A stretch of DNA of 64,000 nt from Planctomycetota bacterium (lineage in GTDB: Bacteria > Planctomycetota > Phycisphaerae > Phycisphaerales > UBA1924), in contig JBCCZQ010000004.1 of assembly GCA_039187315.1 (NCBI GenBank), forward strand, positions 10,675-74,674. The letters are read 5' to 3'. Both the position numbers and the translations under genes were made by a program. Of the stretch, positions 55,516 through 64,000 are shown one piece after another. The first letter of the stretch is position 1, and each line of letters opens with the position of its first letter. The notes under the pieces were generated by a model, which was not told the origin of the DNA, ran no database searches, and worked only from the letters and a program-made list of their open reading frames with translations.

Positions 55516-57441
55516 TTACTGGCAGGGCTCGCTTGTGGCGATGTTGGTCTGCTCGTCGAGGTCGCGGGTGGTGGTAGTGGTCTGGGCCGGGACCGGGTCG
55601 GGATCGCAGCCCGGATCTGGATCTGGATCGGGATCTGGATCGGGATCGGGATCTGGATCTGGGTCTGGATCTGGATCGGGGTCGGGGTCGACGGGTTGAT
55701 CGGTGCCGCCGAGCACGTTGAAGCGGTAGGTATCGTCGTCGTATTCGCTGTCGAAGCGGATGCCTGGGATATTCCGTACGAAGGCGCACCGGATGCGTTC
55801 GTCGGCTGGCCGGATGCGCCACTGGCCGGCGTCGAAGGCGCTTCCGTTGATGGCGACGAGCCGGATCTGCCTGCTGCCGTAGGCCTCATCGGTCTCGATC
55901 TCGACGTCGAACTCGGCTGCGCGGTCGATCCAGACTGTTTGACCCTCGGCGAGGTGCTCGATGATGAAGGCGCCGTCGGCGGTGGCGCCGGCTTCGAGGA
56001 ATGCTGGGCCGTAGAGGCGGATGGTGCTGGCGGTCAGGCGTTGGTTCTGGGTGAGTGTGATGGTCTCGTTGTGGCGTGGGAAGCACTCGTTGATGTGGAA
56101 GTTGAACGGGGGGATGCCGACGGCCCCGCCGCCGACGGCGGCGAAGGGCTCGGTGTAGAACTTGGAATCCGGTGTGACCAGGAACTGGTTCTGCTTGCCG
56201 ATGGCGATGGAGTTGGGGTTGGCGAAGGTGATGTCCAGGCCGTCGCCGACGATGATCTGGCCCTGGAGCCCCACGGGATCGCCGACGCGGATCTCGGCCC
56301 CCGGGAGGCTGGGGTCGCTGAAGATGAGCCCCGCGAGCGAGAGGAGGGCATCTGGCGCGACGCGTCCGGCGATGTCGATCTCGGGCCCGTTTGCTCGTTC
56401 GTTTCGTGAGCCGTTTTCGAGGAAGACGAAGGCGTCGAGGTCGCCGTTGATATCGATGGCGCAGGTCGCGTTTGGGTTGCGTCCGAAGCTGGTGAGGGTG
56501 CGTGCGTAGAGGGAGCCTGTGAAGTCGCCGTCCCTTGTCCGGATGCCGCCGAGGAAACCGAACCGGTCTGTGTTGAGCATGGTGTTGATGTCGGCGTGGA
56601 GGGCGTCTGCGACGACGTTCAGGACGGGGCCGCCGGTGGTGACCTGGGCTCGTTGGTCGGGGTTGCCGAGGCTGCCGCTGACATCGAGCCTCTGGATGGC
56701 GTAATAGGTGTTCACTGGCCAGGCGTGGAGTTGTGTCTGGTAGGGGTTGTCGGGGTTGTTGGGGGCGAAGTCGCCGCCGACGGTGAGCGATTGGATATCG
56801 CCGCCTTGGGCGCTGATGGAGCCACGGGCGTCACCGGCGATGTCGATGCTGGCGATGTTGCCGTCAACGGCGACGATCAGTGCGTTCTCGGTCATGCTCC
56901 CGCCGACGACGATGCCGGTCATCGAGCGGACGGCGGGTCCGGGATCTCCCCAGTGGATGGCGGGGGCGTCGAGGTCGCCGGCGAGGTCGAGCCTGACGAT
57001 CTGGCGCGCGGAGAGGCCGACGCCTGTGAGGCTGTCGGCGTTCATGACGACGATGCACTCTGGCGCGACCACGCCTCCGACGTTCCTGAAGGCCTGGAGG
57101 TGGTTGACAGGTGAGCCGGAGAAGTTGGGCTGTGCTGTGGCGGTGATCTGGAGGTTGGGAACAACGCCGGCGGGGGCCTGGACGGTGACGACGCCGACAT
57201 CGGTGTTGGCAGGATCGTCGGCGTAGACACGGATGACCTCGTAGCGGTTGAGTCTGATGTCGACATCGGATCCGCTGGGCAGGCCGGGCTCGCCGCTTTG
57301 GGCGTCTGCGAAGCCTGGCAGGTTGACCCATCGGGAGCCGTTCCACTTCTCGGCGTAGATGGTCTGGGCGTGTGTGGCAGTTGTGAAGGTGGCCGCGAGG
57401 CCGGCGGCGAGCGCGAGGCGTCTGGTGGTGCTCGTGGGCAT
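55516..57441 (-). CDS. Secreted repeat protein (beta-helix-like I-x-I/L-A-G-D repeats) with (PD)14 linker and Cys-containing tail
   Basis: The signal peptide is TRRLALAAGLAATFTTATHAQ. Recurring motifs are LDLAGDLD, IDIAGDARG, IDINGDLD and IDIAGRV. The C-terminus is VDPDPDPDPDPDPDPDPDPDPDPDPDPDPGCDPDP...EPCQ. I trimmed the ORF to the ATG at 57441. Confidence 0.65.
   Translation of the reverse strand: MPTSTTRRLALAAGLAATFTTATHAQTIYAEKWNGSRWVNLPGFADAQSGEPGLPSGSDVDIRLNRYEVIRVYADDPANTDVGVVTVQAPAGVVPNLQITATAQPNFSGSPVNHLQAFRNVGGVVAPECIVVMNADSLTGVGLSARQIVRLDLAGDLDAPAIHWGDPGPAVRSMTGIVVGGSMTENALIVAVDGNIASIDIAGDARGSISAQGGDIQSLTVGGDFAPNNPDNPYQTQLHAWPVNTYYAIQRLDVSGSLGNPDQRAQVTTGGPVLNVVADALHADINTMLNTDRFGFLGGIRTRDGDFTGSLYARTLTSFGRNPNATCAIDINGDLDAFVFLENGSRNERANGPEIDIAGRVAPDALLSLAGLIFSDPSLPGAEIRVGDPVGLQGQIIVGDGLDITFANPNSIAIGKQNQFLVTPDSKFYTEPFAAVGGGAVGIPPFNFHINECFPRHNETITLTQNQRLTASTIRLYGPAFLEAGATADGAFIIEHLAEGQTVWIDRAAEFDVEIETDEAYGSRQIRLVAINGSAFDAGQWRIRPADERIRCAFVRNIPGIRFDSEYDDDTYRFNVLGGTDQPVDPDPDPDPDPDPDPDPDPDPDPDPDPGCDPDPVPAQTTTTTRDLDEQTNIATSEPCQ
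55613..55692. repeat. Hexanucleotide tandem repeat (GGATCK)n encoding the (PD)n linker
   Basis: I read this directly as ggatctggatctggatcgggatctggatcgggatcggg... The repeat is dense in GATC sites. Confidence 0.85.
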
Positions 57442-57629
57442 GGTTCGGGTCTCCGGTCCGGTCTTCGCGTGTCTTCGGGACCATGCCACGGTTTGGGTGG
57501 GTGTCGAGCGGATGTGGTGCCGTTGGATCGTGCCTTGGGCCTTGGGCATCGGGCGGTGCCGGATCGGGGGGTTGGGCAAGGCGTCTGGTGGGCTTGGATG
57601 GCGGATCTGGGTCGGTGTGGAGGTCCGTT

Positions 57630-57661
57630 TTGATTGATTCGCGGACCGGCTCGTCTAGGAT
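57630..57661 (+). promoter_or_regulatory. Possible sigma-70-type promoter for tRNA-Thr/tuf
   Basis: TTGATT (57634-57639), N16, then TAGGAT (57656-57661) lies about 45 nt upstream of the tRNA. This is a weak match by eye only. Confidence 0.3.
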
Positions 57662-57703
57662 CGGAGCCCCGTGATGGGCGTTCGGTCCTGGGCGGGGCAT
57701 GTT

Positions 57704-57775
57704 GCCGCTGTAGCTCAGTGGTAGAGCGCACCCTTGGTAAGGGTGAGGTCGTGGGTTCAAGTCCCACCAGCGGCT
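57704..57775 (+). tRNA. tRNA-Thr (anticodon GGT)
   Basis: The sequence GCCGCTG TA GCTC AGTGGTA GAGC G CACCC TTGGTAA GGGTG AGGTC GTGGG TTCAAGT CCCAC CAGCGGC T folds as a full cloverleaf of 72 nt. Confidence 0.92.
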
Positions 57776-57988
57776 TTGGTGTTGGCCGGGCGTGCGGGTT
57801 TGTTCCGTGGTGCGGCCTATCGTGTGTACTGGCCCGGTTGGGTTCCCGTGGTGGGTGTGCCCGGTCGGTGTGTGCAACGGATCCGAGTCGGCGGGGCGTG
57901 CCCGGCGGCAGGGTCGGATGGATGACAGGAACGGCTGGTTCGGGCGTTGGGCCCGTGCCGCGAGCAGCAGAGTTGGAGGTTTCGGGCC

Positions 57989-59194
<1,206 letters not shown>

Positions 59195-59293
59195 CGCGAT
59201 TTTTTCCGCGTCTGCCCTGCGAGAGTCGGGCGGACGTCTTGGTGGTGTACGGGCGGAGGGTCGACCGCCGCCAGTGTGAAAGGGAGGCCCGCG

Positions 59294-59476
59294 ATGGCCA
59301 AGAAGAAGGCGGCGGCGCGTGAGTACGTGTGGCTTCAGTGCACCGAGTGCAACGATCTGAACTACCGGACGCAGGTGAACGTCAAGGGCGGCCTGCCGGA
59401 AAAAATGAAGGACGGGATCCGGAAGTATTCGCCCCGGCTGCGGAAGCACACGCTGCACAAGATCAAGCGGAAGTGA
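59294..59476 (+). CDS. rpmG: 50S ribosomal protein L33
   Basis: The sequence MAKKKAAAREYVWLQCTECNDLNYRTQVNVKG...KYSPRLRKHTLHKIKRK carries the L33 CxxC signature and has the expected length. Confidence 0.9.
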   Translation: MAKKKAAAREYVWLQCTECNDLNYRTQVNVKGGLPEKMKDGIRKYSPRLRKHTLHKIKRK

Positions 59477-59555
59477 GTTGGGCCGTGCGGAGCGGGCAAC
59501 AGGCAATGGGTTCAGCCCGTCCTTCTGCCTGGAGCCTGTTGCCGGCTGGTTCTGA

Positions 59556-59628
59556 ACGCCAGTAGCTCAGTTGGTAGAGCAGTGGATTCCAAATCCACCG
59601 GTCGGGAGTTCGAGTCTCTCCTGGCGTG
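59556..59628 (+). tRNA. tRNA-Trp (anticodon CCA)
   Basis: The sequence ACGCCAG TA GCTC AGTTGGTA GAGC A GTGGA TTCCAAA TCCAC CGGTC GGGAG TTCGAGT CTCTC CTGGCGT G folds as a cloverleaf and is followed by TTTTTTG. Confidence 0.9.
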
Positions 59629-59670
59629 TTTTTTGAGGCCCGGGTGGGATTGTTCGTGGCGGAGTGATCG

Positions 59671-60366
59671 ATGGCCGTCGGGATCTACAAGCAGGGCCAG
59701 GGGTACTGGGTTCGGGTGCTGACGGCGATCTTCGCGGGCGCCGTGGTGCTGGCGGCGGCGGCGTGGGCGTTCGCGCAGGCGGTGCGGCTGCCGATTCCGC
59801 AGCCGACGAGCCGGATGCAGCTCGCGGCGGTGGACGCCATCGGTGAGCCCGCGGCTGGCTCGTTCGTCGAGCTCTACAGCCAGCTTTCCGGCCAGCGCGA
59901 GCAGATCGGCACCGCGGTGGTGCAGGCCTACACGCCAGGTGAGAGCCAGACGGCCGAACTGATCGTTTCGGACCTGACGCTGACCGACAAGACGCGGGTC
60001 GTTTCGGAGATCCGGCGGATCGAGGTCGGCGGGGGTATCGACGGCGCCTCGGAGCTTGCGGCGTTCGTCGAGAGCACTACGGGTATCGATCTGTTCGCGC
60101 GGGAGTATCTTCAGGCGGGCCTGGCCGGCGCGATCCTTTTGATCGGTGCGGTGCTGATCTACCTGTTCGTTGGTGCCAAGCGGCAGTCGGTGGACTTCCT
60201 GATCGCGACCGACGGCGAGATGAAGAAGGTCAACTGGTCGACCCGGCGCGAGGTGCAGGGTTCGACGATCGTTGTGATCGTTGCATCGATGCTGCTGGCG
60301 GTGGCGATCTTCTTCGTGGACTACGGGTTCGGGCAGTTCTTCAAATTCATCGGCGTGCTCGAGTAG
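59671..60366 (+). CDS. secE: Preprotein translocase subunit SecE (with long N-terminal membrane extension)
   Basis: The C-terminal SecE core is EMKKVNWSTRREVQGSTIVVIVASMLLAVAIFFVDYGFGQFF. The position between tRNA-Trp and nusG is conserved. Confidence 0.82.
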   Translation: MAVGIYKQGQGYWVRVLTAIFAGAVVLAAAAWAFAQAVRLPIPQPTSRMQLAAVDAIGEPAAGSFVELYSQLSGQREQIGTAVVQAYTPGESQTAELIVSDLTLTDKTRVVSEIRRIEVGGGIDGASELAAFVESTTGIDLFAREYLQAGLAGAILLIGAVLIYLFVGAKRQSVDFLIATDGEMKKVNWSTRREVQGSTIVVIVASMLLAVAIFFVDYGFGQFFKFIGVLE

Positions 60367-60390
60367 CGCGCCACCTCGAGAGGCGGAGCG

Positions 60391-61170
60391 GTGGACAGCA
60401 TGACCGAGCACGACCGGGACCAGACCGAGACCCACGCCGACGGCCAGGCCGAGACCGAAGCTGGTATGGAAGCCGGGACGCAACCGGGCGGGGAAGCGGG
60501 TGCGGGGACCGAGCCGCAGGCGGCGCAGGAGTCTGCTTCTGCCGAGCCGGCGATGGACGGCACGCCCGACAAGGTGGAGGACCAGATCGCGCCTGATGAG
60601 CCGATTCGCCAGTCGGGCATGGACTGGTTCGTGCTGCGTGTGGCGTCGAACAAGGAGTCGTCGGTCCGGGAGACGCTGCTTCGGAAGGTGCAGATCGAGG
60701 GGATGACGCACCTGGTCGGGCGGATCCTCGTTCCGACAGAGAAGACCAAGACGGTCAAGGGCGGCAAGCAGCGGATCACGGAGACGAAGCTCTACCCGGG
60801 CTATGTGTTCGTGGAGATGCAGCTCGAGGATGACGGCCGGATCCCCCAGGACGTGTTCTTCCTGATCAAGGAGACCACCGGGGTGGGGGACTTCGTCGGC
60901 ACGGCGGGGCGCCCGACCCCGTTGGAGCAGCACGAGATCGAGAAGATGCTCCAGGACAGCAAGAAGCCGGAAGATGAGCCGGTGATCAAGCTGTCGTTCG
61001 AGAAGGGCGAGGCCGTCTCGATCAAGGAGGGCCCGTTCGAGGGCTACGAGGGGACGGTGGACGAGTTGTTGCCGGAGAAGGGCCTCGTGCGGGTGCTGGT
61101 GACGATCTTTGGCCGGCAGGCGCCGGTGGAGCTCGAAGAGTGGCAGATCGCCAAGGCGGACGAGGACTGA
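60391..61170 (+). CDS. nusG: Transcription termination/antitermination factor NusG (acidic N-terminal extension)
   Basis: The NGN domain is WFVLRVASNKESSVRETL...KLYPGYVFVEM. The KOW domain is FEKGEAVSIKEGPFEGYEGTVDEL...VRVLVTIFGRQAPVEL. Confidence 0.92.
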   Translation: MDSMTEHDRDQTETHADGQAETEAGMEAGTQPGGEAGAGTEPQAAQESASAEPAMDGTPDKVEDQIAPDEPIRQSGMDWFVLRVASNKESSVRETLLRKVQIEGMTHLVGRILVPTEKTKTVKGGKQRITETKLYPGYVFVEMQLEDDGRIPQDVFFLIKETTGVGDFVGTAGRPTPLEQHEIEKMLQDSKKPEDEPVIKLSFEKGEAVSIKEGPFEGYEGTVDELLPEKGLVRVLVTIFGRQAPVELEEWQIAKADED

Positions 61171-61286
61171 CCGGCCTCGCGGAGTCCGCTGTTGTGTGGG
61201 TCGCAGGGTCTTTGGAACCGCGATCGGCGCAGGCTGGTACGCTTGATCCTGAGTAGGGCGGCGGAGCCACCTGAGCGGGAGCGCGC

Positions 61287-64000
61287 GTGAGCGAGCACGA
61301 CCCCTGGCGCGAGGATGAGAACGAGCGGGCGCTGGCGGATCTCCAGCGGGAGTTGTCGTCGGAGCAGCGCGCCGAGCAGGCGGAGCGTCTGGCGGTCGTG
61401 GCGGATTTCGATGGGCGGCCGCCGCGTCGTCGCTCGCGGGTCTGGCTCGCGCGGCTGAGCATCGCCGGGCTGGCGCTGCTGCTGCTGGCGGCGGTGCTGC
61501 CGACGGTCGCGGGCCCGCTGGCCAAGCCCTGGCTTGAGTCTCGGCTGTCCGAGGCGATGGGCACGCCGGTCCGGATCGGCTCGCTGAAGCTGAGTTGGCT
61601 GGGCTCGCAGCATGTGCGGGATCTGCGGATCGCCGACGAGACGCTGCGCGAGGTGGTCGATCTCGACGCGGAGACGGATCGTTCGCTGGCCGACCTTCTC
61701 GGCGGTCCGCTGGATCTGGGCCGTGTGCGGTTGTCGGGCAGGGCCGAGCTGGCGCAGCGTGACGACGGCTCGTTTGCGCCGTTCCCGGCGTCATCGGGCG
61801 ATGACGCCGGCCCGGTGACGCTGCCCGAGGGGCTGCGCGGGACGCTGCTGCTCGACGGCGTGGATCTGGCTGTGACCGATGTGCTCGGGCGGACCGTGTT
61901 GGGCGAAGCGCTCACCGGCGAGATCGGCGCGGATTTCGCCTCGGGCGGGTCGCTGGTGGCTTCGATCGCGGGTGAGGTCGGGACGCGTGATGAGGTGCGG
62001 ACCCGGACCGGCGGCGTGTCGCTGACTCTGTCGGCTTCCTCGTTTGTTGACGGGGCGGGTGTGCTCGCGGTGGCTGGGGCCTCGATCGACACGGTGTTTG
62101 AAGCCTCAGCGTTGCCCGCGTCGGCGTTCGAGCCGTGGTTGGGGCGGCTCGGCAGGGTCGGCGATGCGCCCGGCGGCGCTGTGACGCTCGCTGCGCAGGC
62201 GAGTGGATCGAGCGAGCGCGGGTCGGTCACGCTCAGCGCATCGGCGGGGGGTGAGTCGGCCTCGCTGGAAGCCACGTACGTGCGGGCGGACGGTGGGTAT
62301 GACGTCGGGCTGGCGGGACCGGCGAGGGCGTCGCTGACGGGCGGCACGCTCTCGCGGCTCGCGCCGCGTTTCGCATCGCTGACGGACGAGGGTGTGACGA
62401 CGCAGTCTGGACAGCGGTTCGTGCTCGACGCGGTGCCGGGGGTGGTGATCGAGGTTGCGCGGCTGAGCGTCGTCGCGGACCCGGGCGATCTGGCCGGTTC
62501 GCTCGAGAGCGTATCGATGGATGCGCGGCTGGCAACGACGCCGATGGCGGGCATGCTTGACGGCGATCCTTGGTCGATCGAGGGGCTTGTGCTTGGTGCG
62601 GAGACCCGTCGGCTGGGCGACGGCGTGCGCGTCGAGGGCTCTACGACCGCGATGCTCGCGGGGGAGACGGCTGGCGTGCTGGCGCTGGTCGCCGAGGGTC
62701 TGGAGCCCTCCGCGTTGTTGACGGTGGGTGGGTCGCGGCCTTGGCAGGATCGATTGGCGGAGGTGCTGGCGGGTGGGCGCGTGTCTGTCGAGTTGACCGA
62801 TGTGCGGACGGCGGTGGTCGGGCCGCTGCTGAGCCCGTGGCTGGTTGGCACGGGGATTGCGCCGGTGCGGGATTTCGGTCCGACGGTCTCTGCTGAGGTC
62901 GATCTTACGGCTGATCCTGTTCCTGCGCTGCTGGCGGCGGTCGATTCGGCGCGGTTGACCGGTCGAGCGGGGCTCCGGCTTGAGGGCGACCGGATCGTGA
63001 CGGACGGTTTGGGCGTGCGGGTCGAGGCGGTGTCGGCTGCGCCGTACCTGACGTCGCTCTTGGCAGACGCGGGGGTCGCGATCGAGAGCGGCGCGTCGGT
63101 CCGCGCGACGCTGCGGGATGCGTCGCTGCGGCTTGCCGGCGCGGGGCGGCCGGTGTCGGAGGTGCTCGGCGGGTTCGCGGGGCTGCTGGATGTCGAGGTG
63201 GGTGAGGTTGTGGTGCTGGTCGACCGCGGCCCGGCGGGAGGCGATGGTCAGGAGGCTCCGGTTCAGCGTGTTCGGATCGAGCCGTCGTCGGCGCGGGTCG
63301 ATGTGCGGGACCTGTCGTCGGGGGCTTCACTGTCGTACTCGGCCCGGACGACGCTCAACGGGTTGCCGGCCGGTGAGCTGGTTGTGTCGCTGCGTGCCGA
63401 GGATCTGCTCGATGCTTCGGGTGTGCTCCGCGCGGGCGTGCCTGGGGTGCAGGGCGAGGTGGGTGTGCGGAGCCTGCGCGCGTCGCTGCTGGAGCCTTGG
63501 CTGGACGAGCGGTCGGTGGAGTGGCTGCGCGTGGCGGGCGACACGGTGACCGCGGTGGCCATCGGTGAGCGTTCGGCGGATGGCGTTGTGGCTGTGACGT
63601 CGCGTATCCGCGGCGATGGGCTGACGGGCGACGGCTCGCTTGTGATCGATGAGGGGGCTGTGCGGCTTGCCGGCGAGGGCTTCCGTTTGGAGCTCGCCGA
63701 TGCGTCGTCGGTGCTCCCGATTCTTTTGCCGGCGTTCCGCGCGCAGGGCGATGGTGGCCGCGCGGTGCTCGTGCTGACCGCGGGCGGGTTCGGCGCGCTG
63801 CCGGCTGGTGAGGCGCGCGGCGTGACGGGCTGGCTGGAGTGGACGGACCTTGCGTGGATCGGCGCGTCGGGTGACCGGCTGGTGGTTGATCGCGCGAACG
63901 TTTCGGGGGCTTGGTCCGGGCGGCATGTGACGCTCGAACTGAACACGGCGGCGACGTACGCCGACCAGCCGGTGCTGCTGGCCGGGCGGCTGATGCTCCC
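61287..64000 (+). CDS. Large N-terminally anchored envelope protein (AsmA/TamB-like?), 3' end outside window
   Basis: This ORF is not in the ORF track because it has no stop in the window. A frame-0 stop sits at 61272-61274, then GTG at 61287 is preceded by GGGAG. The product has one TM helix (LARLSIAGLALLLLAAVLPTV) followed by hundreds of codons of coding-like sequence. I hand-translated the 5' ~330 nt and the last ~100 nt with no stop; no terminated + strand frame-0 ORF is listed beyond 61287, which fits an open frame to 64000. The family assignment is tentative. Confidence 0.6.
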   Translation, partial: MSEHDPWREDENERALADLQRELSSEQRAEQAERLAVVADFDGRPPRRRSRVWLARLSIAGLALLLLAAVLPTVAGPLAKPWLESRLSEAMGTPVRIGSLKLSWLGSQHVRDLRIADETLREVVDLDAETDRSLADLLGGPLDLGRVRLSGRAELAQRDDGSFAPFPASSGDDAGPVTLPEGLRGTLLLDGVDLAVTDVLGRTVLGEALTGEIGADFASGGSLVASIAGEVGTRDEVRTRTGGVSLTLSASSFVDGAGVLAVAGASIDTVFEASALPASAFEPWLGRLGRVGDAPGGAVTLAAQASGSSERGSVTLSASAGGESASLEATYVRADGGYDVGLAGPARASLTGGTLSRLAPRFASLTDEGVTTQSGQRFVLDAVPGVVIEVARLSVVADPGDLAGSLESVSMDARLATTPMAGMLDGDPWSIEGLVLGAETRRLGDGVRVEGSTTAMLAGETAGVLALVAEGLEPSALLTVGGSRPWQDRLAEVLAGGRVSVELTDVRTAVVGPLLSPWLVGTGIAPVRDFGPTVSAEVDLTADPVPALLAAVDSARLTGRAGLRLEGDRIVTDGLGVRVEAVSAAPYLTSLLADAGVAIESGASVRATLRDASLRLAGAGRPVSEVLGGFAGLLDVEVGEVVVLVDRGPAGGDGQEAPVQRVRIEPSSARVDVRDLSSGASLSYSARTTLNGLPAGELVVSLRAEDLLDASGVLRAGVPGVQGEVGVRSLRASLLEPWLDERSVEWLRVAGDTVTAVAIGERSADGVVAVTSRIRGDGLTGDGSLVIDEGAVRLAGEGFRLELADASSVLPILLPAFRAQGDGGRAVLVLTAGGFGALPAGEARGVTGWLEWTDLAWIGASGDRLVVDRANVSGAWSGRHVTLELNTAATYADQPVLLAGRLML

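Noticed and set aside
55597-55692. Possible CRISPR array (also considered for 50781-50833 and 40384-40419)
   Set aside because: The repeat units are only 6-12 bp and directly abut one another with no spacers. Two of them are coding or G-tract microsatellites. I found no cas genes in the window.
59512-61794. 760-aa minus-strand ORF
   Set aside because: It runs antisense through tRNA-Trp, secE and nusG, and its product is Pro/Arg/Ala-rich. The + strand genes are unambiguous.
61022-62851. 609-aa minus-strand ORF (also 62905-63330 and 63263-63946)
   Set aside because: These Ser/Pro/Ala/Thr/Arg-rich readings are antisense to the apparently stop-free + frame starting at 61287, which has an SD, a TM anchor and a coding-like composition.

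Overview
This is a 64 kb stretch of a very GC-rich bacterial chromosome (GC judged by eye, not computed). Several traits suggest Planctomycetota, possibly Phycisphaerae-like, but this is an inference. They are a PEP-CTERM protein, three secreted proteins ending in a Cys-flanked double-dockerin module, a kinase-FGE fusion, and long acidic/proline low-complexity linkers. I can support about 50 protein genes, 3 tRNAs (Leu-TAG, Thr-GGT, Trp-CCA), a few intrinsic terminators and several short tandem repeats. I saw no rRNA, CRISPR array, transposase or integrase.

The housekeeping backbone comprises dxr, rne, ptsI, rho, tmk-plsY, metG and the cluster tRNA-Thr-tuf-rpmG-tRNA-Trp-secE-nusG. Accessory or envelope content includes two UbiA-family prenyltransferases, a Zn-metalloprotease, an M14 carboxypeptidase, an S8 protease, tandem secreted thioredoxin paralogs, a heme-c MCP, an ECF sigma/anti-sigma/PP2C-GAF module and a B12-binding protein.

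The best candidate for a new system is at 43651-48131. A LexA-like self-cleaving repressor (XRE HTH + S24) is divergently coupled, across the most AT-rich spacer in the window and a perfect inverted repeat, to a tightly overlapping 4-gene operon. That operon encodes a dual-HTH protein, a soluble ABC-type ATPase, a GNAT-fold protein and an intact orphan terminase-large-subunit-like ATPase-nuclease. No virion, integrase or att features lie nearby.

Other notable points:
- a Rho factor that lacks the canonical N-terminal RNA-binding domain
- a predicted pseudokinase-FGE fusion translationally coupled to a lipoprotein
- a hairpin-rich 400 bp convergent spacer
- a G-quadruplex-type heptamer repeat

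Many long ORFs in the supplied track are antisense shadow ORFs typical of high-GC DNA, and I rejected them.
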